Made by a program: the position numbers and the translations under genes | Origin: Candidatus Sulfotelmatobacter sp. | Lineage (GTDB): Bacteria > Acidobacteriota > Terriglobia > Terriglobales > Acidobacteriaceae | Reading direction: 5' to 3' | Assembly (NCBI GenBank): GCA_049509155.1 | Contig: JBELAE010000001.1 | Coordinates: forward strand, 1 to 61,292 | DNA: 61,292 nucleotides | Shown: positions 10,942 through 21,300 of the stretch, in pieces | Position numbering within the stretch: the stretch's first letter is position 1 | How the letters are laid out: each line of letters opens with the position of its first letter | Notes under the pieces: model-generated | Told to the model about the DNA's origin: nothing | Databases searched by the model: none | Seen by the model: only the letters and a program-made list of their open reading frames with translations

Positions 10942-10975
10942 CTACCTGCAACTGATTTAACCGTTTTCCAACGAC

Positions 10976-11590
10976 ATGAAAATCGTCACTTATAGCGACC
11001 TGCATCTGGAATTTGGCTCGGGCTGGATGTTACCGCCAGACGCTGATGGAGATGTGATGATCTTGGCAGGCGATATCATCACGCTCGGACAATATGACCC
11101 GCTCGATCGGCTCTTACAAAATTGGAAGAAACCCGTCCTTTATGTGACAGGAAACCACGAATATTACACGCGCAGGCCGATCAACGAAGAGGATCAAAGA
11201 TTCAGGGCGTGGCTCTCAACCGAACATCCAAACGTGAAGCTGCTGCTTGATGAAGAGGCCAGCATCGGGGATGTCCATTTCTTCGGTGGCACGATGTGGA
11301 CGGATTTCCATGGGGAGAACTTACGCGCCATGGACACCGCCCAGAACCAGAGGAACGATTTCCGATTGATATACAATCCCGACCGAACACCCTTCAGTCC
11401 AGCCGACTCCGTTGCCCTGCATAAAAACTTCGTATCGAAATTGCTGATCTGGCTTGGCAAGGATCTCAGCGGTCCGCGCGTGGTCATCAGCCATAATGCA
11501 CCTGTCATCAATCCCAACACAAGCCGACTTCTGGCCCGGTCCCGTTTGACCGATTGCCAATGGCCAATCACCTTCCAAGAGCCGACTTGA
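10976..11590 (+). CDS. Calcineurin-like metallophosphoesterase, apparently C-terminally truncated
   Basis: Motifs SDLHLE (DxH), LAGDI (GD), TGNHEY (GNHE) and ISHNAP are present. The terminal GHxH motif is absent, and the last 25 residues or so (SRLLARSRLTDCQWPITFQEPT) look unrelated. Confidence 0.6.
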   Translation: MKIVTYSDLHLEFGSGWMLPPDADGDVMILAGDIITLGQYDPLDRLLQNWKKPVLYVTGNHEYYTRRPINEEDQRFRAWLSTEHPNVKLLLDEEASIGDVHFFGGTMWTDFHGENLRAMDTAQNQRNDFRLIYNPDRTPFSPADSVALHKNFVSKLLIWLGKDLSGPRVVISHNAPVINPNTSRLLARSRLTDCQWPITFQEPT

Positions 11591-11803
11591 GCGAAGCCGC
11601 TTTGCGGCGGACGCTATCGCGTGCCCAAGGGAAGCGACATCGGAGATTGCAGTCGCCGTTTTAAACCTATTCAACGCCCCCGGTCAGCCCGGTGGACGAC
11701 ATCCGCACTTGTTCGGATGTCGAACGGGCATCTTTCGATTTCACACACTCCGACCTTCGGCGGATTACGACGCCTACGCTGCGTTGTACTCTCAAGGCGC
11801 CGT

Positions 11804-11830
11804 ACAGATTGACTTCACAGATTGACTTCA
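11804..11830 (+). repeat. Perfect tandem duplication of the 13-mer ACAGATTGACTTC (x2, plus 1 nt)
   Basis: Read directly from the sequence. It lies 51-77 nt upstream of the GH35 ATG at 11881. Each unit contains TTGACT. Confidence 0.9.
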
Positions 11831-11880
11831 TCGTGGCCCAAAACTTCGGCTTTCATTCCGCTACTGTTTCCGTTGCGCTA

Positions 11881-14352
11881 ATGGCTGTTGTGCTCACGGC
11901 GGTGTCGTTGTACGCCAGCGACCATCCCAATCCCGTCGTCATCGATGCTGCGAGGAAGTCCCCTCGACCGGTGCCTCTTCCTTTCCCCGTCGGCGGTCAG
12001 TCGCCGAATGGACACGTCCTGTCCGCCAACAGCCGCTACCTTGAGCGAGATGGAAAACCCTGGTTTCCAGTGATGGGCGAGTTCCAATACTCGCGTTACC
12101 CTGAGGCAGACTGGGAAATGGAGATTCGGAAGATGAAGGCTGGCGGGATCCAGGTCATCTCTACCTACATTTTCTGGATTCACCATGAGGAGTTAGAGGG
12201 ACAATTCGACTGGGCCGGAGCGCGGAATCTTCGCCGCTTTATCGAACTCTGCAGCCAGAATGACCTCGACGTCTGGATTCGAATTGGACCTTGGGATCAC
12301 GGTGAAGTCAGGAACGGAGGGATTCCGGATTGGGTGATCCAGAAGTCGCCCATACGGGAAAACAATCCCGTTTACCTTGCAGCCGTTGGCCGCTTCTTTA
12401 ACGAAATCGGCAAGCAGGTACAGGGCCTGTTTTGGAAAGATGGCGGCCCGATCATCGGCATTCAGATCGAAAATGAATATAGCGCGCGCGGTCCGGGAAA
12501 AGGGGCTGACCACATTCTCAAACTTCGCGAACTGGCCCGCGAAGCCGGCTTGGACGCTCCCTTCTACTCGGTCACGGGATGGGACGATGCCGTCATCCCA
12601 CCGCGCGACTTCCTACCGGTGTTCGCTGGGTACGCGGATGGATTTTGGTGGCGTAGCCTCGATGATCTCCCGCCCAATCCAAATTACTTTTTCACAGGAA
12701 TCCGGTGCGAGGAAAACGTCGGCGATGATCTGCGTTCCAAGCGCCCGGACATCGATGCACTCGATCTCCCGTATCCCTTTCTCACGGCCGAGATGGGCGC
12801 AGGCATGGAGCTTTCGTATCATCGGCGGCCACTATTGAGTCCCAGTGACACGGCGGCCATGGAAGTTGTGAAGCTCGGATCGGGCGTTGCCATGTACGGC
12901 TATTACATGTTCCACGGGGGCACCAACCCGGAGGGAAAGAAGACAACGCTGCAGGAGTCGCAAGCAACGGGGTATCCGAACGATCTGCCCGTTAGATCTT
13001 ATGACTTCCAGGCCCCGATCGGCGAATTCGGGCAAATGAATCCGTCCTTCGGTGTTCTCAAGACTCTCAACTTATTCCTGGGAGACTTCGGCGCGAGTCT
13101 TGCGCCGATGACTTCCTTTTTTCCCACGCGAATGCCGGGGAGCAAGCGCGATACCCAAACCCCCCGCATCGCGGCGCGCCTTCAGGATGACCACGGATTT
13201 ATTTTCCTCAACAACTACGAGCGTACTTACCACCTGCCGGAACATAGGAATTTTCAAGTCAAGCTGGAGCTTCCCTCAGGCGCTGTCGACATTCCGCGGA
13301 TTCCGTTGACAGTCCCGAGCGGCGCCTATGTGATCTGGCCGGTGAATCTCGACCTCGGTGGAATGCGGCTTCGCTTTGCAACCGCACAGTTGCTGTGCAA
13401 ATTAGATGACCCGAATGCTCTGGTCTTTTTTGCCTGGCCAGGCATCTCGCCGGAATTCGCCTTTGAAGAAAAAGATGGCGCCTCAATCGAGATCCCGCAG
13501 GGACAGGGTGAGCATGGAAAAGGCCAGATCGTTCGCGAGCGCGGAGTCGCTTATGTAGACGGAATCGAACCCGGAACACAAGTCGCAATTCGATTGCACC
13601 GGGCAAATGGTCCTGACGTAAACATTGTTGTCTTGTCGCGGGACGAGGCCCTAAACACATGGAAGACCCGCATTGGCGGACGAGAGCAACTAATGCTGTC
13701 TACCGCTCAGCTCTATGTCGATCACGACAGCCTGCATGTTCTGACCGGTGACGCATCGTCAACTGTGGGCCTGTTTCCAGCGCCGGAACATGCTGTCGCA
13801 GGCTTTGTCCGTGACGGCGAGGACGGAATCTTCCAACGATACACAGCGCGTATAGAGCCCATTCACGTCTCGGTACAAGTCCAGAAGATCGGTGACGCGG
13901 GAATTGATCCCGCGCCGAGGATGGGCAAAGAAATGATGGGCACGGAAGTGGTTCTGGCTCCGGACGATTCTGCCTTTGAAACTGCCGCCAGTTGGACGAT
14001 CGATGCTTCGGCGAACCAAGTTTCGACGACTCATGTTCCCTGTGTCGACTCTGCAGCCGGGAAGATGTTTCTGCGGATCACGTACGAAGGGGACGTGGCA
14101 CGCCTCTATGCCAATGGAAAGCTGGTCACAGACAACTTCTACAACGGCACTCCTTGGCTGGTCGGGCTGGACCGAATCCCGTGTCGGGAGTGGAACCAGC
14201 TTGAGTTGAAGATACTGCCTCTGCGCAACCAAGCGCCGATTTACCTTCCGAAAGGCGCTCGCCCGGCCTCTTCTGCGAATGGTCAGGTAGTGAGTCTGAA
14301 AGAAGTGCAGGTGGTTTCCCAGTACGAAACGATCTTGGACTTGAAGCCTTAA
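11881..14352 (+). CDS. Glycoside hydrolase family 35 beta-galactosidase, secreted
   Basis: ORF 11692..14352. I prefer the ATG at 11881 (MAVVLTAVSLYA, signal-like). Supporting motifs are PWFPVMGEFQYSRYP, IFWIHHEELEGQFDW, GPWDHGEVRNGGIPDW and IQIENEY, which is the GH35 acid/base region. Confidence 0.8.
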   Translation: MAVVLTAVSLYASDHPNPVVIDAARKSPRPVPLPFPVGGQSPNGHVLSANSRYLERDGKPWFPVMGEFQYSRYPEADWEMEIRKMKAGGIQVISTYIFWIHHEELEGQFDWAGARNLRRFIELCSQNDLDVWIRIGPWDHGEVRNGGIPDWVIQKSPIRENNPVYLAAVGRFFNEIGKQVQGLFWKDGGPIIGIQIENEYSARGPGKGADHILKLRELAREAGLDAPFYSVTGWDDAVIPPRDFLPVFAGYADGFWWRSLDDLPPNPNYFFTGIRCEENVGDDLRSKRPDIDALDLPYPFLTAEMGAGMELSYHRRPLLSPSDTAAMEVVKLGSGVAMYGYYMFHGGTNPEGKKTTLQESQATGYPNDLPVRSYDFQAPIGEFGQMNPSFGVLKTLNLFLGDFGASLAPMTSFFPTRMPGSKRDTQTPRIAARLQDDHGFIFLNNYERTYHLPEHRNFQVKLELPSGAVDIPRIPLTVPSGAYVIWPVNLDLGGMRLRFATAQLLCKLDDPNALVFFAWPGISPEFAFEEKDGASIEIPQGQGEHGKGQIVRERGVAYVDGIEPGTQVAIRLHRANGPDVNIVVLSRDEALNTWKTRIGGREQLMLSTAQLYVDHDSLHVLTGDASSTVGLFPAPEHAVAGFVRDGEDGIFQRYTARIEPIHVSVQVQKIGDAGIDPAPRMGKEMMGTEVVLAPDDSAFETAASWTIDASANQVSTTHVPCVDSAAGKMFLRITYEGDVARLYANGKLVTDNFYNGTPWLVGLDRIPCREWNQLELKILPLRNQAPIYLPKGARPASSANGQVVSLKEVQVVSQYETILDLKP

Positions 14353-14381
14353 TTCAGGAGTAACAGGTGGAGACACAGGGG

Positions 14382-17015
14382 TCATGGCACTGCGACGATC
14401 TGCCATTGTTGCGTCTGGGCGCTGCTACTGGCGGATTCCTGCACCACGAATCCGGCGAGCGCACCCGACCCTCCGCTCGTGTCCAAGGCCAGGCCGCTCA
14501 GGCGATTTACCAGGTTGAAGTAACCGTTGCCGGCGGAGACGATGCTCCACTCTTGCTCGGTCGAGCTGTTCGCCGTCGATTGGACGATAGCGGTTCCGTT
14601 CGTTGTTGAAGCCCCGGAGTCATCCAGCACGTTGGTGGTATTACCGGCGCCGGGATTGAGACTCGCAATCTGAAAATAACCATCCTGATTACTGGCAATG
14701 CGCCACTGCTGGCTGAGCGTCGGACTCCCGCTGTTAGCCTCTGCATCCAAAAACGCGCGGCTGGAATTAGAAGCCTGGTAGACAGCCAGAATGTTCCCGC
14801 TACTGCGGTTGACAAACTTATAGCCCAAGGTCGAATCAAGATTGCCGCCGAGCGCGTCTATACCTGGAAGCAATTCTGAGTAAGTGGGGTCGTTCACGTT
14901 GGTAGTTCCTGAGGTGTCGGCATTATTAAACAACGTCAGACCATTCCAGGTGTAGATCGTATTGGCCTGGTTGTCTCCGTTGATAAATCCACCGCTCAGG
15001 CTCGGTATGTTCACGCCCGCCGCGTCCCAGTATTCAATACCCATCCCAAGGTTGCTGGGCAATCCCTCCTCTACTCCCTGTAAGTCAAGCAAAAACTGTT
15101 GCTGCTCCGCAATGCTTGGTGGCGTATACCAGGGGTCGTTCGAGTCAAATCCATTCTCGTAATGTTCTCCCGTCTCGATGATGAAGATCGGCTTCCCCAT
15201 GTTATTGGAAGCGGCGACGAGTACGTCTTGTTCCACTGGCTGGTTGTCCGGATTACTTTGTGCTGACTGTGCATCGGTCAAAGGCCCGTGAAAAAAGGGA
15301 TAGTAACTCTGGCATATCGCGTCGTAAGTAATGCCATTCTGATTCGCGAGCGTGAAGAACTGAGTTAGATCCCAGGCCGGAGTGATATGGATACAGGTCA
15401 ACGGTGATGGAATCGCGGGGCCGATCGAGGTGTCCGCTGCCGCGTCGGCCACGGCCTGCAGGGCCTGGATCTGCAAGGATGCAAAGCCGCTGAAGTCAGT
15501 TCCCGTAGGACTGCCGATAGAGCCCAGGAATCCGGTGTCGACTTCGTTGCCGATTGCCACCAGGTCGGGCATCGCACCTGCCTGGCGATACATCTCCACT
15601 TCGGCCTTGACGTAGTTGTAGATGTCCGTTTGTAGTTGTGCAGGCGTGTCGTTCGCCCACGCGGGCGGCACGCTGGCGGAGCTTCCGCCGTCGAACAGCA
15701 GCGTAAGCTCCACACTCAGGCCGAGGTTCTTAGCGCGCTTCGCGAGGTCCAAATCCTGGGCGTCGGTCTCCGCGTAACAAGCGTTGCCGCTGCAGCCGGT
15801 CTGCGAGGGATCGGAATATGGAGGCGCAGAGCTCGGTCTTAATCGGATTATGTTGACGCCGTGGTTCCGCAGCATGGCAAGCACGTCCAGCGGCTGGCCA
15901 GCGTCCTTCCACCAAGTCAACCCTGTCGAGGCGCGCGCCGCTTCCTGCTTTTCCAGCAACGCATTATCAACCCCACGGAAGAAGGCGGGACGCAACAGCC
16001 ACTGCTGGCTTTGAGCCGGTGCGCCGGGAGAAGTCAATGCGGTTTGGTCGAGCAGTGTACCGGGAGATGTCGAGCCCTGATACAGGTCGATCAACAGACC
16101 GCTGCTGCTGTTCGCAATACTGTAGTAACCAGCTCCGACAGGACTAAGCGTCCACTGCTGCGTAGAACTGCCCGCGCATGGATTCTGTACTACGTACACG
16201 ACTCCTGAGATGGTTGCGCTATCCAAACAAAGGCTGTTGAGAATATTGCTGATCTGCCATGCTCCGCCCGGGAGCGTTGTGAAGGCCCATCGTTGGCTCT
16301 CGTTCGTGAATGTTCGTGGCTGCTGGACAATGTTGGCGCCAGCGATCGTCGAATTGTTATTAAGGTCGATCTGCAAGCCGCTCAACTGATTCACGACGTA
16401 ATAAACCTCGCCGTCGATGGGACTAATGTTGGTGGGCTCCGCCGGTTGCTGGCTCGGCCCGATCACGGTGATCTGCGCCGACGCGGTTCCGCCATTTCCC
16501 GCCTCCGTCGAGGTCACTGCGCCCGTGACATTGTTTTGCGCGCCAGCGGTTGCGCCCGCAACGTTCACCGCAAAGGTGCAAGAAGCACTCGCCGCCAGGA
16601 TGGCTCCTGACAGGCTGACGCTGTTCGAACCAGCGGCCGCTGTAATCGTTCCGCCTCCGCAGCTTCCACTTAACCCGTTTGGCATAGACACTGTTAGCCC
16701 AGCCGGCAGAGCGTCAGTGAAGCCGATCCCGCTCAGAGAAATCGCGGCGTTGGGATTCGACAGGTTAAAGCTTAGCGTGGTGCTGCCGTTCAATGCGATG
16801 CTGGCGGCTCCGAACGCCTTTGAGATGGTGGGCGGCAGTTTTGGGGGCGGGGGCGAACTGCTGGACGATCCCCCGCCGCACCCCGCAGTCCAGAGAAGGC
16901 TCACAGATGCAACGAGCGCCTTAACGATTACGAGGGATACGGAACGTGACCCGAGCCGCAACCTGCGAGTTACCGGCACAGAACTATTGAGCATGATCCG
17001 GTTCCGGTGCATCAT
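14382..17015 (-). CDS. Multimodular lipoprotein: DUF11-like beta-sandwich, ricin-B lectin, GH53 endo-beta-1,4-galactanase, then a C-terminal ricin-B lectin
   Basis: Lipobox LLWTAGC. QxW motifs occur in both lectin regions (QRWAF, QQWTL, QQWLL; QQWRI, QEWSI, QQWQI). The GH53 core shows GVNIIRLR, AIGNEVD, CQSYYPFFHG and IFIIETGE. Confidence 0.8.
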   Translation of the reverse strand: MMHRNRIMLNSSVPVTRRLRLGSRSVSLVIVKALVASVSLLWTAGCGGGSSSSSPPPPKLPPTISKAFGAASIALNGSTTLSFNLSNPNAAISLSGIGFTDALPAGLTVSMPNGLSGSCGGGTITAAAGSNSVSLSGAILAASASCTFAVNVAGATAGAQNNVTGAVTSTEAGNGGTASAQITVIGPSQQPAEPTNISPIDGEVYYVVNQLSGLQIDLNNNSTIAGANIVQQPRTFTNESQRWAFTTLPGGAWQISNILNSLCLDSATISGVVYVVQNPCAGSSTQQWTLSPVGAGYYSIANSSSGLLIDLYQGSTSPGTLLDQTALTSPGAPAQSQQWLLRPAFFRGVDNALLEKQEAARASTGLTWWKDAGQPLDVLAMLRNHGVNIIRLRPSSAPPYSDPSQTGCSGNACYAETDAQDLDLAKRAKNLGLSVELTLLFDGGSSASVPPAWANDTPAQLQTDIYNYVKAEVEMYRQAGAMPDLVAIGNEVDTGFLGSIGSPTGTDFSGFASLQIQALQAVADAAADTSIGPAIPSPLTCIHITPAWDLTQFFTLANQNGITYDAICQSYYPFFHGPLTDAQSAQSNPDNQPVEQDVLVAASNNMGKPIFIIETGEHYENGFDSNDPWYTPPSIAEQQQFLLDLQGVEEGLPSNLGMGIEYWDAAGVNIPSLSGGFINGDNQANTIYTWNGLTLFNNADTSGTTNVNDPTYSELLPGIDALGGNLDSTLGYKFVNRSSGNILAVYQASNSSRAFLDAEANSGSPTLSQQWRIASNQDGYFQIASLNPGAGNTTNVLDDSGASTTNGTAIVQSTANSSTEQEWSIVSAGNGYFNLVNRLSGLALDTSGGSGALAGFVVQESASSSAQTQQWQIVAVP

Positions 17016-18372
17016 CGGGGCCTGGCGTGGGCCGCCGGTTCATCTGGCGGTAAAGTTCTTCCACCTGGTCTTTCGTCTTCTTGATCTCTTGTGACAGGAT
17101 CATTTCTTTCTGTGCCATGTCGTCCATTTGGAGACGTCGGTATGCCGTGCCCAGCTGGTAATGGGCAGTGCCGTTGAGCGGGTCGGACTGCACCGCCATC
17201 CGCAGATACTTAACGGCTTCTTGCCACTTTTCCTGCATCCTCAAAACCTTCGCCAGCCCCATCTGAGCCTGAATCTCATTAGGATCGAGTTGGTAGGCTC
17301 GTTGGTAGTGCGCGAATGCCTGGTCCAACTGTGACTGCGAAAGGGCGATACCGCCGAACTCACATTCCGTTTTCGCTGTGTCGCCATCGACAGTTACGGC
17401 GAGCTCGAGTTCTTTTTGCGCTTCAGCTTGCGCTCCAGCCTCGAACGGGGCCGATTGCAGAATGGCCTCCGCCAACTCAAAATGAACACCGTGCAGACGA
17501 GGGTCGATCTGCAAAGCCTTCTTGTAGTGCTCGATTGCTTGTTGGAGATCTCCCCCGTTAACCAAGTGCTCAGCGATCACCTGTTGCATGCGGGCCGAGC
17601 CGGGAGCCAGCACAGCCAACTTGTTCAGCGTGTCGTCGGCCAACTCCGAATAGACACGTTGCGCCATGAACAGAACATCCACGTTGTCGGGATCGAGATC
17701 GACCAGCGATCGCATCACGGAAGCCGTGGCCCCTGGGTCCCCTTCTTGATCGTAGAGAGCCGCTAACTCGAGGCCAACTTGCAGCCGCATCGGCTTGTCT
17801 TTCAACTTGGGAAAGGATTTTTCCAACAACCCGCGAGCGGACGGATCTCCCAATCTTTTTTGGCAAATTCCCAACAGAGCCTGCGTTTTCACTAAGGACG
17901 GATCGATGGCCAGAGCTTTGCGCAAGTAGGGTGAAGCCTTCTGATAGTCGTGCTGAAAGAATGCAATGACGCCCAGGTTTGCGTAAGCCTCGGCGTTCTT
18001 GGGATCGAGCGCCAGGACAGCATCGAACTCCTTTACCGCGGAGTTCGAATCGTTTGCCTTGAGGTAGTCGGCTGCCTTCCGAAGGTGATCGTGAATCTCC
18101 GCAGCGTGGGAAGCTCCGGTTTGCGCGGCCGTTGCCGCAAGAGCGCTCGCGAGAAGCGTGAGAACCAAAACTATTATGCGCAGGCACCCCACCCGATTTG
18201 CAACCACGCCAAAAGGGGTGCTCAGGTGGAACGTGGATCCGTGTAGCTTGCCGAACTGAAGCCTTTTCATGGAGAAACGATACCGCGAAATCCGCTGTTT
18301 CGGCGAGGCGCTAACAACTGCGGGGGCGCGGAAGGGGAAGCTGCTTCCGCGCCCCAGGGACGGGTTCGTCAC
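16984..18372 (-). CDS. TPR-repeat protein (start uncertain; an alternative ATG lies at 18270)
   Basis: Repeated 34-aa TPR-like units (AEAYANLGVIAFFQHDYQKASPYLRKALAIDP, AIEHYKKALQIDP, AFAHYQRAYQLDP, AVKYLRMAVQSDP). There is an N-terminal hydrophobic segment. Confidence 0.75.
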   Translation of the reverse strand: MTNPSLGRGSSFPFRAPAVVSASPKQRISRYRFSMKRLQFGKLHGSTFHLSTPFGVVANRVGCLRIIVLVLTLLASALAATAAQTGASHAAEIHDHLRKAADYLKANDSNSAVKEFDAVLALDPKNAEAYANLGVIAFFQHDYQKASPYLRKALAIDPSLVKTQALLGICQKRLGDPSARGLLEKSFPKLKDKPMRLQVGLELAALYDQEGDPGATASVMRSLVDLDPDNVDVLFMAQRVYSELADDTLNKLAVLAPGSARMQQVIAEHLVNGGDLQQAIEHYKKALQIDPRLHGVHFELAEAILQSAPFEAGAQAEAQKELELAVTVDGDTAKTECEFGGIALSQSQLDQAFAHYQRAYQLDPNEIQAQMGLAKVLRMQEKWQEAVKYLRMAVQSDPLNGTAHYQLGTAYRRLQMDDMAQKEMILSQEIKKTKDQVEELYRQMNRRPTPGPDDAPEPDHAQ

Positions 18373-18387
18373 ACTCCTGCGCTGGGC

Positions 18388-21300
18388 TCAGAATCGAATG
18401 TGACCGCCCAGCTGAAAGATGCGAGTGCCCCCGACGGGGTTGAGAACCTGGCCAGCGGTAGTGTCGGCCAATGCACCGCCAGAGTAGCCAACGTTGGCAT
18501 CTGGGTTGCCCCAGTTAATGTGATTGAAAATATTGTATGCGTCGGCCTTGACTTCGAAGGCGATCGACTCGTGAATCGGAAACTCCTTCGCGATACTGAG
18601 GTTTACGTTGGCGAAATCTGGTCCGACCAGAGTATTGCGGTGAGTATCGCCAAAGGTGCCAAACGCGGGGTTAGCGAAGGCAGCCGGATTAAACCACATC
18701 GCATGCGTACGATGCGACACAGCCGGATCACCAACTTGCTCCGGGTACAGCGTCGAGCCCGCACCGAACGACGGAGTTAGTCCCGGATCAATTCCCCCAG
18801 CAACAGAACTCTGGATCACCGGAGTGAACGGAACTCCGCCGTGCCACTGGAACAGAGTGGCCAGGCGCCAGCCTCCCGCGATCTGATCGAGCGGCCCGTG
18901 AAGCACAAACTGGCGCCCGTGGCCGAACGGCAGTTCGTAGGTGATCTGGCCCACCAGCGTATTCGCTGCGTTGAAGTCAGACAACCCATAATTCGCGGAT
19001 GGCGTGTAGGCGTTCTGGTAGATATCGATGCCCGATCCGTGACCATTGCCCGTGCCGGTATCGAGCGATTTCGACCAGGCGTAATTGAGCTGGAAGCTCA
19101 AGCCATATGACATCCGCTTCTGCAAGCGCAATTGCAACGCGTTGTAGTTCGAATATCCATCGTAGTATTGAGCGGCGATGCTGTTGAATACCGGGTTAGG
19201 GTTGCCGCAGTGGTAGAAGCTGGTGCACTCGAAACCGCCTACTGCAGTCGAACCTGGGGCAGTAGCCTGGTTGATATCCGTGGCAAAGTTCAGGTTTCTG
19301 CCGCGCGTGTAAACATAGCTCGTGTCGAACAAGAGGCCGCGCCCGAACTCGCGCTGAACTCCCACCAAGTACTGCTCGACGTAAACCGTGGGCATGCTCC
19401 GCGGGTAAAACTCAGCGCTGCTGTAGTTCGCGTAGGTCGACGAAAGAGTTTGAACGGTTGGAAAGATGACCGTGCCGGCAGGCGGGCCCACAGACAGTGG
19501 AAACGCGGAACTGCCGAAGGTGTAGCCTCCGTTGCCCTGGTTGTGCGGATTAAAGCCGAGGCCGAGCGCGCCGTCAGTGTAATTCTCGGCGTCGCGCGGG
19601 GCGTCAAAAATACCGAAGCCTCCCCGGATTACCCACCGGTCGCGAGGCGACCAGGCGAAACCGAGCCGGGGGCCGAATTCCTTATAGTCGCCATTTTGGA
19701 TAGCCGACAGCTTGCCGATCGTCCCTCCAAAGGTTTTATCGCTTTGCCCGCCAAACAGAATGCCCCCCGGGTACGCTCCGTTATATTGCGTGGGATCAGG
19801 GATAACCGGATCGTAATTGCCGAACAGGTTGTTGCTCACAGTCCAGCCGCTCTGCATCTGCCAGCGCAGGCCCAGATTTAACGTGAGGTGCTGGGAGACC
19901 TTGAAATCGTCGCTGGCGAACAACGCCCCGCCCTTCATGTGAGCGCTGGTTGGGTCGGCCTCGTATACGTACCAGCCGTAAACGTCGCCGGCCAGGAAGT
20001 CGGCGTAGGGGACTCCGGTGACACCGCCGTCAAATTCGAAATGACCCGAGTCGATATCTCCCCAGCTCGTATAGTTCTGGTAAAGTTTGTCGAACTCACC
20101 GCCCACCTTGATGGTGTGTTTGCCGCGAATGAGCGTAAGGACGTCGGAGACGGTGTAAATTCCCTCACCCAGCGTGGCATCGATGTTGCCGTTACCGCCG
20201 CCCGCACCCAGAACATCTCCGCCAAACCCTGCTCCCTGATCAATCGTGATATGGGGAAACACGTTGGCTGGAGCATTCGTGCCGTAGGTCGGCTCAAGGC
20301 CAAGCGTGGTTGGGTCGTTCTTTCCCAAGGAAGGTGGCTTGTACTTATCGAGCTCGCGGCTTGCGCCCACACGAAACTCATTCAATGTGGATGAGGTGAT
20401 GGTGTAAACGTGCGAAACTTGCGCGGTCAGGTCGTCGGTTTTCCCCACTTCATACGCCGTTGCGTCATTTGGGAAAAGAGGATCGGCCGGGACATAAGAC
20501 GACGTGGTAGGGAAATAGTTGAAACTGAAAGAGAGTCTTTGTTTGGACGCGAGATTGTAATCGACCTTGCCCGTATACCACGTGTCGGTGTTCGGACTGC
20601 TCCCGTTGAACACAAAATCGTTCGTACCGCCGTTAGGGCAGGTTTGTGCGACGGTTGCAGATACATTCACCGGGCCGGGGCATCCCGCAACCCATCCCGC
20701 AGCAGTTGCGGCGGGAAAGTAGCTTTGAAGCTTCGCCGCCACAGGATCAGTAGGCGCTAACAGCACGCCTGCAGCGCTGAAAGCCGTGCCGGTGGCGCCT
20801 GGGATCCCGTAAAAATCACCCGCTTCCATCGCGGCAGTCGGGTAGCTATACAGTCCAGAAGTTGGAGAAGACGAAGGGTTGCGTTGGTAGAGGAAAAAGA
20901 AAAACAGCTTGTTCTTGATGATTGGGCCGCCGATGCTGCCGCCGTAGGTGTTCCAGTGTTCCACAGACTTAACGTCCGGAGCGGGATCGAAATAACCTCT
21001 GGAGTTGAATGCAGTGTTCTGAATGTATTCGTAGCCGCTGCCGTGCCATTGGTTCGTACCGCTCTTGGTGATCACGTTGACAGAAGTGAGACCACCGCCG
21101 TACTGTGGCGGCGCGTTTGCGGAATTCACGCTCACCTCGCCAATGGCGTCCACCGGCATGTAGTAGTTGCTGCCGTTGAAATCTCTGGGAGCTGTGGCCG
21201 GCCCGCCATCAGACAGAAACATCACGTTGTAGGACTGCGTGCCGTTGACTCCGACGGCCTGGCCGTTGGCTTCGCCGGCCCCTCCGCCAGTATTCACTCC

